A DNA stretch of 61,954 bases from Octopus bimaculoides. Lineage: Eukaryota. Both the position numbers and the translations under genes were made by a program. The stretch covers positions 14,760,024 through 14,821,977 of the forward strand of contig NC_069000.1 of assembly GCF_001194135.2 (NCBI RefSeq). The letters run 5' to 3'. The notes beneath the pieces are model-generated. The model was given only the letters and a program-made list of their open reading frames with translations. It was not told the origin of the DNA and searched no databases. Below are positions 42,001 through 53,100 of the stretch, piece by piece. Numbering within the stretch: the stretch's first letter is position 1; each line of letters starts with the position of its first letter.

Positions 42001-44943
42001 ATCTTGTTGCTTCATGGTTTTAATGGTGTGTTTATATATTTTTAGAATGACATTGTGGGGTAGGTGTGAGAGGTTGGATCTGGTCAGTTTTAACATAAAA
42101 CAGGTAGAATATTTGGGCTGGATCATATCTGGTAAGTTCACTGTCGTCAATTTAAAAAAAAAATTTTTTTTAATAAAATAGTTTTTATCTATTAATGGTA
42201 AGATACTATGGATATATTTCCTCGGTAAGCTTTCCTCACGGTGAACTTTCTTCATGATGAATTGATGGCAGTAAACTTACCAGTAATCAGGCTGGATATG
42301 GCCGGATTAAATGCTAAAGGGTTAAAGACTGCAATATTAATTCAGAGACCTATTAAGGATTATGGGAATGTTCCACACACGTACACACATACACAAATAC
42401 ACACATATAAAAAAAAGGAAAATCGCTGAACCATATGAATGGACTTACTTTGCTGTGAGGAAATTCATTATTTTCTGTTTTTGTCAGATAGTTGTAGAAT
42501 GGTACAGGAATGAACAAAAACATGATTATCAGAAATACAGTACCAATGATAACTCCTTGAGATTCAGGACTAAAAAATAATGGGGGGAAAAAAAAAAAAA
42601 TAGAAGCAACAAATAACACAAAATATAGAAGCGAAATTTAATATTTATTTGTAAAAACAAACATTTCTTTGAAAAAGCAAAAACAAGGGTGATATAGCTT
42701 AAAGTGATATCTTTTATCTTTCATCCTTCAGTTGTTTCAGTCAATGTACTATGGCCCTGCTGGGGCACTACCTTGAAGATTTTGAAAACGCCAAAAGCAC
42801 GTCTTCAAAATTTTAATTTTCCCCCTCTCCTCCCCTCTGGCAAAGAAAAAAAAAGGGGGTGACGGTAATTAAAATATTGGAAACGTGATTCGTCGTTTAG
42901 CTGCCGTTTGTAGCATGTCGAGTTTTGTTTAGATACTACGTCTACTATTTTAGTAAGAGGGGAAGGGTGTTTATTTATTTATTTATTTATTTGAAAAATT
43001 GAAATTTTATAAAATTTTGAAATGCCGATTTTTTTTTTTTTTTTGAAGATTCGGAATCTCCACAGTCGAAAAAGTGAGTTTCTATAGAAAAAACAAAAAC
43101 AAAACTGAAAGGGGGTACAGTCTATGTCCTTTACCTCCGCCCCCTTCTGGACCAAGAAAACCTCCGGACCGCAGTGGCGTATTGCGAAGTCAGGCTGAAC
43201 ACGCATGCGAGCCATAACAGTTCAGAATTGATCCTGTTATTGAAGAACACAAAAGTACTGCGGAGACTTAATATCTAGAGCACCGGTGAATGCTAGTTCC
43301 TGTTACTTCTGCTGATTGTGCTTTATGGTAAAATTTTGGTGTGGAAGGGTGGCGACTGCTAGTATTTACAATAAAAGTGGACACCTCTACTCTTGTGCAT
43401 CGAATACTGAAGTTAAACGTTTGAGTTAAAATAAAACGATTTGATTCTGAGCAATTATCTTTCGTCACAAGCAGAACCACGAGGTTATAAATAGACGATA
43501 CAAATAAATTGATATTCAATTAGTCTGGTGTTTTCTTTCTCTCACTGTCTAGGTTTATTTATGCTTGTTAACCTATGGGTGTCGATATCGATAAATAATG
43601 AAGAGTCCCAGAAAATTGATCATAATCAGTATCGGCTAAAATCAAATAGTTAACATAAAGTTCGAATGGCGGAGGTAAAGAATTCGTACACCACCCGTTT
43701 TGGGCGTAACAAAAACCCTAACCCTAACCCTAATTATAACCCTAAACACCAGGTGTACGTATTCTTTACTTTCGCCGCCAGTTCGAATGTTATTGATGTT
43801 GCTGAACTTCAGGATAGCTCTGATCGAGCAGACTTTTAGTCATTGGCGCCCCTGCCGTGACCATCTCGTCGTTTTGTTTATAGAAGACTACATTATCAAA
43901 TGTGTCTTTGCCTATTTTAAGATATCATAGAGTGATTTGAGGGAGATTTAGCTGCTATTTCTAGCAGGTCGAGCAACCATGTGGAGACACTGTTCGTTGG
44001 GTGTGGTGAATTGTTAAGGACAAACAGGGTCGAATACAATTATGTTCCGCTCCAACAATTCACCTGGTAACGAAGTAAAAAAAAAAAAAGTCAACATATT
44101 TGCAGAGAGCAGTAAAAATATGTCATGCCTGAATCGATTTGATAAATTATCGGCGATCTTTAAATATCATCAAATTATCTTGGGTAACTGTTACGCTGCG
44201 AAAATTCGTAACAGTTCTTCTGCTTTGTATATTTGTGTGCGCGCATGTATGCATGTTTGTATGTATATATGGTGTGAGAGTTTGCAAGAAGTTATTTATT
44301 TAACCTTTAAAACCAACATAAAAAAAAGAGCATCTGATAATAAGTAGCATTCGTTACTGTAATACAGTGAGAGATAATGTATTAAAACGTTTTAAAGGCA
44401 TAAAAAGGATTTAGATATTATAATAGAATATTAGATTTAGCTGATGCAATGTACACGAAGAGCATTAGCGACAACAGTTAAAAGGAAACGTCTACAAACG
44501 AGAAGCCAGGTGGCAAATTAGACAACATAATAATAACAACAAACACATCATCACATGTTCGTTCAAAAACGTTAATTTAATAAAGGTGTGGGTTGATTCT
44601 CTTATATATTTTATATTTTTTGTGCCCCCCGAAACTTGACCGGTACTTATAGTTTCTTTCTCTTGTGATATGCCAACTATTTACGCATTTGAAAACAATA
44701 AATAACAACATTTAGATACGAATCTCATTTTAAGACATACCGGCTTGTTTATTATTATTTTAACAACAGAAATTGAACTTACATTTTTTTGGTTTGCCTC
44801 TTACTAAGATCCATGCCAAATAAATGGGCGTTTATAAACATAGATTTACATTTCAAGAGAATTTTGTGTGTGACAAATATCCCAACAATTGAAAAGAGTA
44901 AATTAACAGCGAGAGGAAACATCGACGACACACCGGCCTCCAT
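31685..44943 (-). CDS. DPAGT1: UDP-GlcNAc:dolichyl-phosphate GlcNAc-1-phosphotransferase (GPT/Alg7 ortholog), 8 coding exons, 411 aa
   Basis: Manual splice: complement(join 44783-44943, 42449-42569, 40292-40505, 37778-37927, 36194-36278, 35242-35430, 34399-34648, 31685-31750) = 1236 nt. All introns are GT-AG with compatible phases and the frame is open. Family motifs: [60 protein letters not shown]-terminal IFYDV*. Confidence 0.97.
32708..33085 (-). mobile_element. tRNA-derived SINE family C (CORE-like accttgggcaagtgtc motif, internal CA/TA microsatellite)
   Basis: Head ggctgtgtggtaagaagcttgcttcccaaccacatggttc; tail ccagcatggccgcagt...tgactgaaacaagtaaaaga. Other copies: 7738-8160(-), 12190-12600(-), 16280-16640(+), 30545-30720(-), 31250-31525(-), 33640-34008(-), 35685-36040(-), 38325-38652(-), 47425-47620(-), 53140-53460(-). 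Confidence 0.8.
34065..34332 (+). mobile_element. RTE-type 3' end repeat in DPAGT1 intron 7 (antisense to the gene)
   Basis: Shares the 3' UTR and GAT tail with 48536-49110. Other plus-strand copies: ~29270-29420, 30730-30915, 39110-39295, 39930-40050, 40585-40735. Confidence 0.8.
34399..34648 (-). CDS. DPAGT1: DPAGT1 coding exon 7 ([11 protein letters not shown]...[31 protein letters not shown])
   Basis: ttttccag| acceptor, |gtgagt donor; 250 nt. Confidence 0.94.
34815..35160 (-). mobile_element. RTE-type 3' end repeat in DPAGT1 intron 6 (sense to the gene)
   Basis: Reverse complement of the same family. Other minus-strand copies: ~35470-35650, 38090-38275, 48070-48180, 50980-51150, 53800-53990, 61170-61260. 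Confidence 0.8.
35242..35430 (-). CDS. DPAGT1: DPAGT1 coding exon 6 ([19 protein letters not shown]...CPRHRIPK)
   Basis: ttttctag| acceptor, |gtaagt donor; 189 nt. Confidence 0.96.
36194..36278 (-). CDS. DPAGT1: DPAGT1 coding exon 5 ([28 protein letters not shown])
   Basis: ctttctttag| acceptor, |gtgagg donor; 85 nt; not in the ORF track (too short). Confidence 0.93.
37778..37927 (-). CDS. DPAGT1: DPAGT1 coding exon 4 ([31 protein letters not shown]...)
   Basis: ttacag| acceptor, |gtaagt donor; 150 nt. Confidence 0.96.
38754..39037. mobile_element. Foldback (palindromic) MITE-like element in DPAGT1 intron 3
   Basis: Arms 38754-38890 and 38899-39037 are reverse complements with 4 substitutions and one 2-nt indel; 8-nt spacer; sits between (TA)n tracts. 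Confidence 0.85.
40292..40505 (-). CDS. DPAGT1: DPAGT1 coding exon 3 ([28 protein letters not shown]...DLDL)
   Basis: tgcag| acceptor, |gtaagt donor; 214 nt. Confidence 0.96.
41413..41635. mobile_element. piggyBac-like MITE
   Basis: TTAA on both sides; TIR CCCTTTAGCATT / AATGCCAAAGAG. Same family at 41931-42321, 51755-51936, 52493-52700. Confidence 0.75.
41696..41915. repeat. 61-bp minisatellite, about 3.6 copies, in DPAGT1 intron 2
   Basis: Unit tattatagaaccaggggcagtattagataagttttaattcaggtcacttaaaacaggttca. Confidence 0.9.
41931..42321. mobile_element. piggyBac-like MITE carrying a nested 155-bp TIR element (42129-42283)
   Basis: Outer TIR CCCTTTAGCAT...ATGCTAAAGGG|TTAA; inner TIR CTGGTAAGTTCACTGTCGTCAATT / AATTGATGGCAGTAAACTTACCAG (21/24 match). 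Confidence 0.7.
42449..42569 (-). CDS. DPAGT1: DPAGT1 coding exon 2 ([24 protein letters not shown]...FPHSK)
   Basis: ttttag| acceptor, |gtaagt donor; 121 nt. Confidence 0.95.
43654..43789. mobile_element. Small MITE with a CCCTAA repeat core in DPAGT1 intron 1
   Basis: Imperfect TIRs (ttcgaatggcggaggtaaagaattcgtacacc vs ggtgtacgtattctttactttcgccgccagttcgaa); (CCCTAA)3 at 43716-43733 plus one at 43740-43745; flanks TTAA and TTAT. Confidence 0.7.
44783..44943 (-). CDS. DPAGT1: DPAGT1 coding exon 1 ([54 protein letters not shown])
   Basis: caaaATGG start; donor AT|gtaagt; LFGMDLSK motif; 161 nt. Confidence 0.92.
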
Positions 44944-47900
44944 TTTGACTGATGTGTAACGAATATAATGAAACTCTATCGGAAGCCTGCCTCTCTGAGT
45001 ATAAAATCGAGATTTATGGGTAGTGGGTTAAGGTATTCTGTAATCTATTACATTATTATTAACTTGCATTTTTAAGGACTCTATATCGCAGCTGTATAAG
45101 ACATCATACTATTATGTATTAGAAGTATTTAAATTTGCTCTCCCTTGGATTCAAGAGTTCAAATTTCACTTAGGGTCGATAAACTTAAATAAACGTCAAC
45201 ATATGGCATCGACAGCACGCGAAGTACTTAGCGGCATTTCGCCGGCCTTCACGTTCAAATTCCGCCGAAGTCGACATATATATATATATAAATCCTCATT
45301 TACACCCCACAACGGATTTGTAATTTGTATCTAAATTTATTGTTGCAATACATTGACCGAAAGTTAGTATTTATTTCTAGCATTGGAAATTGGTGTTTGG
45401 AGTAATTAAAGAAGTTAAAAATTATTGTAGAAAGAATTTAAAATATCTTTCGCTTCTTAAGACAACCTGTTTTAGTTAAACAAGTAGCATTTATCTCCCT
45501 TACATGAAAGCAACTTGTATTTCTAGCTAGAAATAACAGCCAAACCAAACTCAAATTACACACTAAAGAAAAGAAAAGCTGTACTTTTGAACATAGGTCA
45601 GGTCTGTTCAGTTAGGGTTTACATGAAGGTACGTGAAGAGGTAATAAGGACGGAGTTATGTGGTAAAACAACGACTTCGAAAGATAATTCAAAAGCTATT
45701 TGTGAGATGTTTGGAATCAGAATTGAATTGTAATAGTTTTCTATTTCAGCCGAAAAGCGAATTTTATTGCGAGTCCTATACATTCACAGTTGAAAAACTA
45801 AAGGATTTATTTTAAAATAACTCTCACTAACTTTCTCCGTAAAACAAATGTTTTTACATTAGTCCCTATGAAGAGGTTATTGCTAGGACCCTAGTCAGCT
45901 CTGATGAGACATTCAAGCCATGATTATCCGAGTTAGTGGGGTGCAGCTTCTTTCTCAGAAATATATGTCCTCCGGTCAACATTATTCAGTGTCTCTTTTT
46001 AAAGGCGATAGCGTGCATTTTAAGGGTTATTTGCTTGCTATTTCTAGCTGTTCGAACACCCATACAGTTTCCTTCATTAGCTTAGCCTCTATGTGGTTGT
46101 TCGATCAGCTAGAAATAGTAGCCAAATCCCCACCATCACTACCAAATCATACCCCACTGTCTTAAGAAAAAATAAGCATAGACACATTGAATAATGCAGT
46201 TAATATAGCTTAACAGCATTCCAAAAGCAGGATGGCTATAGCTGGAATAGCCTTTATCTTTTAGAAGGTAGAGCAGTGCCAATGCTCCTTATCAGAACCA
46301 TTGGAACTTATAAAAGAGGAAAGAGAGAAAGTTAGCCTCAAACCAGATTTCTGGCCAAAAAGCTTGCGACAAGGAACCCTGTTAAAATCACCCTCAGACG
46401 AGGTGTTGATGTTAAATCAGGGAATAGATTAAATCTTCTACATATATAGGACACACAGGGATTTGAACTCAGACACTGAATAATTAATATTTCAATAGAC
46501 TGGGATATATAATAAATGAATATTTCGTTCGCAGACCTCTGCATATCTCATGAGATGATGAATCACCAGCGAGAACCTTCCCCTTCAAGGCACAGGCCTT
46601 GGCAAGAATCTTTATGGAAAACCATCTACTGCTTATGAATGCAGGTCTCCCTTCTCTACACCACAAATATTTGTGGCACAGAAAAAAGGAAAGAGGCAGT
46701 ACAGCTTGGTACCTTTGTGGTTGCAGATATCATTGCCAGAAATATGGAGCTTGAAAGCATACTGTAAGGCATCCTGTCCGATGCGCTTAAGTTCCGCCAT
46801 TCTGGAATGATGTTCTATTTATTCACGTCAAAAAAGGTTCAGTAAAGTTAACCTCGGAGAAATTTGAAGTCAGAGCGCTGGAACAAATACCCTAAAGAAT
46901 TTTATTTGACGTCGTAAAGACTGTCAGTCTGCTGCCATGAATATTTGTGACGTTCGCGTAAATCTATAATTCTACAGACCTGGACAGGTAGTAAGGAGCC
47001 CTTTCAATCATTAGTTGTCACTGTTTAGCCCTAGGTCAGCTCTTATTGAGTAAACCTTTCAGCCACGAATATCCTGTCTGTATATTACCATCCAATGTGG
47101 AGGTCGGCGAGCTGGCAGAATCATTAGCAACGCGCAAAATGCTTCGCAGCATTTCGTCCGTCTTCACGCTTTGAGTTCAAATTCCGTCGGAGTTGACAAA
47201 ATAAGTATCAATTAAACACTGGGGTCGATTTAATCGACTTAGCCCCTCCCCAAAGCTGCTGACCATGTGCCAAAATTTGAAACCAATTATTATCATTCAA
47301 TGTGTCTTTCTCTTAAGGCAGAAATATGCGCCATTTGAAGAAGATTTAACTCTTATCTACAGTAAGTCAAGCGACTACAGACTCCGAAGTTCCATGAAAA
47401 AATGCACCAGTAATTCTTTTTAATTTTGTTTCAGTCATTTGACTGCAAGCACGCTGGAGCATCGCCTTTAGTCGAAAACATCGACCAAATGACTTATTCT
47501 TTGTAAGCCTAGTAGTTATTCTATCGGTCTCTTTTGCCGAACCGCTAGATAACGAGGAAGTAAACACACCAGCATCGCTTGTCAAGTGATGGTATGTGGA
47601 AAAAACAGACACACACAAATATATACAGTGAAATCCATGAAGTTGTGGTATGCCAATGTTACAAAAAAATAATAAATAAATAAAATATGAAGCTAAGGGA
47701 AATAACTCAAGCTGGGCAAATTAGGCGATGAAGCGAACGAATGATAGATATATATACAATTTTGTTCAATGAACTGAAATTTACATCTTAATTGGAGAAG
47801 AAAAAAAAAAGTAGGAATTGTTTGCGAGTCTAAAAATAACAAAAACAAAAAAAAAATTTAAGGCACAAATGTTGGGGTGATAATAATTTCAAGAAATCAA

Positions 47901-48535
47901 TTAATTTCACCAAAAATTTACATTTTATGCTCAAAGTGAAGTGACAATTTGGTATTATCAGACCTCATCAATAGTCATAGATTTTTTTTTATAAGGAAAA
48001 GAGTCAATAACATTTTTGGCCAGTAGTAATTTGCATAATAACAAACCAAGCTAAGGGAAATGAATCAAACAAGTCTTTAACTTCAATGTCCACTTTTCCA
48101 TGTTTGCATTTGTTGAAGCAAATTTTCGATGGTTGGATGCCCTTCTTGTCATCAACTCTTACCTGTTTCCAAGTATGGTAATATTTTCTCAACATACTTG
48201 TTGTAGCTCTGTGTGTTTGGAGTTCTTTATTTATCATCCTTCAAGAGTCAGTAAAGAAGCAATTAAATACTATGGCAGCGAGTGGGTGGATTGACCCTTT
48301 TCTCTTATACTTGGCTCAGCTGCACTGTAAAAATCATGGGGGAATCATTCAGTGTCTCTTTCTGAGATACAGAGGATATGATTTTTGAGGGATCCAACAG
48401 ATATGATTTGAGGGAAATTTGGCTGCTATTTCTAGTAGGTAAGTCAACCGACTATGTCAGAGCTGGCCAACCTGAGGCCCGCAGGCATTCTTGCAGCCCT
48501 CTTGATACTTTCTTGAAATGGGTTTATTAACCCGT

Positions 48536-49110
48536 GGTAGAGGGAGACCCAGGAAGGCATGGGATTAGGTGGTGAAGCATGACCTTCGAACGTTGGGCCT
48601 CACAGAGACAATGACAAAAGACCAAGACCTCTGGAGATATGCTGTGACTGAGAAGACCTGGCAAATAAAGTGAGATCACAGTTGTAGCCTACAGTGTCAC
48701 ATAACTAGCCCACTCAGAAACACACCTTTGGATTGTAGGGCGACAAACCACAATCAAATGGAAATTGTAGTTGTGACTGATGCAAGCACTGCCTGTCTGG
48801 TTCCCCATGCCGATGGCATGTAAAAAACACCATCTGAACATGGCCGATGCCAGTGTCGCCTTGACTGGCTCCCGTGCCGATGGCACGTAAAAAGCACCAT
48901 CCAAACGTCGATGCCAGCCCCCTCTGTGCCAGTGGCACATAAAAAGCACCCACTACACTCTTGGAGTGGTTGGCGTTAGGAAGGGCATCCAGCTGTAGAA
49001 ACACTGCCAGATCAGATTGGAGCCTGCTGCAGCCTCCTGGCTTCCCAGACTCCAGTTGAACCGTCCAACCCATGCCAGCATGGAAAACAGACGTTAAGCA
49101 ATGATGATGA
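48536..49110 (+). mobile_element. 5'-truncated RTE LINE: ORF end plus 3' UTR plus (GAT)n tail
   Basis: GRGRPRKAWD*VVKHDLRTLGLTETMTKDQDLWRYAV, followed by a 3' UTR containing ggcgttaggaagggcatccagctgtagaaac and ending catgccagcatggaaaacagacgttaag(atg)n. Confidence 0.8.
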
Positions 49111-49409
49111 TTTTAGAAATTTTATCAAAACTTATGGACCCTTTATGGACTATTGTATTCTGGTGGACCCTCTTAGCCATTTGATGTTTAAAAACTAATT
49201 CTATAGATACTTCTTTCAAAATTCTTATTTTGTTTGAACTCTGTAAAATCTTAAGAGAAAGAAACTGAGTTATTTGTTGCAAGAAAGCAAAATTTTTTCC
49301 ATCAACTCTTAAAATACTACCATGGATCCCCAAATTACTATTTTGCTTGATGAACCCCTGACCAAAAAAAAATCTTATGAGGACCCTGGATGAGAACTAC
49401 TAGTTAAGA

Positions 49410-49760
49410 AGCTCTTCAAAATGTTTCCTCCATCTCTCCAGCTGTTCTTGCTGGTTTGTAAGAATGTTTCTATCCTTGTCTTCAACTGAAAAGGAAGTGG
49501 GTCACCGATTCCTGAGGATCTCTTGATGATAATGATGTAGAGTTCTTTCAGATTTCTCTAGACCAAACACTTCTACCTCTTGAGCAAGACTCAACATAGT
49601 TTCTCTTGTTCTGCTTTACACTCCATAACACAGCCTGGTTGACTTCAATGTACTCTCTGTGTGTCTCTGCACTGCTTGGGTTCAGCTTCCTTCTTACCAA
49701 AGATCAAGACAGATGGATATGTCTTGCTGATGTTCTATGCTCCACAGGAACCAAAGGAAT
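49410..49760 (-). mobile_element. RTE-clade LINE internal relic
   Basis: DKDRNILTNQQEQLERW and NLKELY motifs on the minus strand. Confidence 0.5.
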
Positions 49761-49852
49761 TCATGTGAAATAAATGTAGTCAATGCAGAATACCAAATGA
49801 ATATTTTAGATGGTGAATAATGAAACCAAACCAAAATGTTCATTAATTTACT

Positions 49853-49858
49853 TTTATT
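49853..49858 (-). terminator. Candidate NEDD8 polyadenylation signal
   Basis: AATAAA on the minus strand about 195 nt after the stop codon. Confidence 0.5.
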
Positions 49859-50051
49859 TGTTAGCTAAGAAGTCATAAAGCAAAATACCCTAAATTTTTC
49901 TGATTTGTTTTTTTTTTTCAAGTTTTATACAAAAAAAAAAAAAAAAAGACATTGGGAGGGAGGACAAGAAAACATGATGAAACCATGGACAGGAATTGTC
50001 CATTATTTCATCAAATATTATCAGTCCATTAATAAGAATGCATTTTGTTAA

Positions 50052-50148
50052 TCAAATTAATGTATGGCGACCACCTCTTAATGCCAATACCAAATGGAGA
50101 ACTGATCCACCAGCCACCTTGTAATCTAATGCAGTTTTTTCATCATTC
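50052..50148 (-). CDS. NEDD8: NEDD8 terminal coding exon ([31 protein letters not shown])
   Basis: ttaattacag| acceptor; TGA at 50052-50054. Confidence 0.97.
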
Positions 50149-53100
50149 CTGTAATTAAAAAAATAAAGAAAGAAAATAAAGAATCAGATTAAGTAAGCAC
50201 AATTTATTAATCTAATCTTTCNNNNNNNNNNNNNNNNNNNNGTCATAGGATCACGATTTCGATTCCCAGACCGGGTGTTGTGAGTGTTTATTGAGCGAAA
50301 ACACCTAAAGCTCCACGAGGCTCCGGCAGGGGATGGTGGCGAACCCTGCTGTACTCTTTCACCACAACTTTCTCTCACTCTTACTTCCTGTTTCTGTTGT
50401 GCCTGTGATTCAAAAGGGTCAGCCTTGTCACACTGTGTCACGCTGAATATCCCCGAGAACTACGTTAAGGGCACACGTGTCTGTGGAGTGCTCAGCCACT
50501 TGCACGTTAATTTCACGAGCAGGATGTTCCATTGATCGGATCAACTGGAACCCTTGACTTCGTAAGCGACGGAGTGCCAACATTGCTTTTAATAATCTCC
50601 TGATGAGCCCTGATAAAAGTAAATCTTAATCACAATCATTCCACAGTTTATTCTATTTTCAGACAGTATCTACAACTATGTTATTCAATGTGTCTTTTTC
50701 TTTTTTAAGAGAGTCGGGCATGATTTGAGGGAGATTTTCTTACAAGTCAAATTGTTTGTAGAGCTGGATGTCCAAAACCAATACTTCTTAATTACAACAA
50801 GAAAACCAATGCTGACAAAATTATTATGTACTTTGCACACAAGCTAGAAAACTTACTACATGCAGTAAAATGTCAAATTTATGACCTTAACATCTACTAG
50901 CAGTAGTATTCGACTTTGCTTGAGTTTATTAATCATCATCATCCTTAAATAAATACAATCACAAGAATTAATTATTATCATCATCATTTAGTGTCTGTTT
51001 TCCATGCTGGCACAGATTAGATGGTTTGACTAGGACTGGTAAGCCAGGGAGCTGTAGCAGGCTCCAATCTGATTTGACATGGTTTCTATGGCTGGATGCC
51101 ATTCCTAAAGCCAACCACTCCAAGAGTGCAATGGATGCCTTTTACATGTCACATATAAATTGCTTTAAAAGGGTACTGACAATCTTCAGATGAATGGTTC
51201 AAGGTAAGTGCCATAAAAATGTGCAATATATATATTGCACATTATACATAACCTAAAAGTCATAAAGCCTAAGAGCTTCCCCTTTTTTCAACTATCTTGG
51301 TCCAAAACTGTGGCCAACAACTTGGAACATATATACCGTGTTTGATGACACAAGACACATTTTTTTTTTCAAAAAAGTTGCAAAAGATAAATTCACCCTA
51401 TATATGCAAGAGTGCTTCAAGTTTTAGATCAGTGATTCTCAAATGGGATCCCTGATATTATTTTAGGGGTTAATGGAAAAAATTTTGCTTCAGATGTATC
51501 TATTGCAAAAAAACAACTTGGTTTACACGTTTCGACAGGTTTCCAGTTACTGGAAACATGTTGTCTTAGTGAGTGCCATAACAAACCTACACCAAGCAAA
51601 TGGGTGAAAAACAAAATAAGAATTTTTGAAAGAAGTGTCTATAAGACTTGTTTTTAAACATCAAATGGTTATGGGGATCCACCAGAGTAAGATAGTAATC
51701 AAAGGGGTCCACAGGTAAAAAAATGGTTGAGAATCACTGTGTTACATATTTTAACCCTTTAGCATTTAAACTGGCCATATCCAGCCCAAATATTCTATCT
51801 GCTTTGTGTTCAGACTGGCCAGATCATACCTCTCACATCTCCCTCACAATGTCATTCTAAAACTAACCACGAAAAATACAAAAGAACATGAATAAGTAAG
51901 CATTACATTTGACAGAATAATCCGAATGCTAAGGGGTTAATACACGAAAAACTTATTTTCCTGACGATGCCCGGCTGAAATTGAAGTGCTGTCTAATATG
52001 CCATAAAATATGGTACATACATACATTACATTACATACACATTCACTTTTATATATCAAGATTTACTGAGAAACATCAACACTAGTTTTCTGTGAATAGT
52101 TGCATTCATATCCTAAAAAACAGGATAGTAAACATAAATTAAGAAGAAAGTAATATTACATCTGTTTGCCGCTGAAAATAAGCCGTTGTTGGGGTGGGGG
52201 AATGCCTTCTTTTTCTTCAACTCGTTCTTTTATTCTTTCAACCTGGAAAAATACAAGAATTATACAAATAAATATCTTTTTTTTAAAAATACATTCTGCA
52301 ATACTATATATCAATGGTTTCTTACATTAGCACAAGGGTAGAAATTTGTAATGGTAGGGGTATAGAAGACCGAGTTAACTGCAGTATATGACTTGTGTTT
52401 ATTTTTACCAACTACAAAGAAGGTGTTAAAATCAAAGTCCATGTCTGTTGTACTCGAGCTCTAAATCTAGAGGGAAGAAATTCAACACTTGACCCTTAAG
52501 CATTTAAACCAGCCATATCTGGTTCAAATATTCTATTTGTTTTATGTTGAAGCTAGCCAGATCCAGCCTCTCACGCCCACCCTACAATTTTAATCTAAAA
52601 AACAATTACATCCTCAAACTCTCAAAGCTACAAAATATATAATTAATTTTTAGAAATACAAATGAATAAACATTTGACAGTAATCTGATTGCTAAAAGGG
52701 CCAAGGCAGTACAGTACTTGACTGTATCTTCCAGAAAGAAACAGAATAATAATGCCTTTCTCATGAGGAACTTAAAAAGCACACCAATAGCTCTAGTTCA
52801 GAGATGTGTGATAGAGAGATGGAGAAAAGATGTGCCCAGTATTTGTTGGTTCCCTCTAAAGCTATTCACTAATCTTTACTCTCAGCTAGAAATAACCCAG
52901 TGAAGCTCTTCATATTAAAGCCATGTCTTATAGAAAGAATTACATCCACATGTAAGTTTCTAAAAACATCCTGCAATATAGATTTATCCAACCAATACTA
53001 ATGTTCAATGAAAATGAAAGTTAATTTAATGATGATTTTGCAAGTCCTCAAGAAAAGTGCAAACTTTCAAAAAAAAAAAAAAAAAAAAAAAACTATGAAA

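Noticed and set aside
42979-43215. [23 protein letters not shown]... as DPAGT1 exon 1 or a separate gene
   Set aside because: The true exon 1 is at 44783-44943; this peptide has no recognisable homology and ends in low-complexity T runs
43716-43745. Telomerase RNA template candidate
   Set aside because: More repeats than a ~1.5-unit template, enclosed by TIRs, and no pseudoknot or CR4/5 visible
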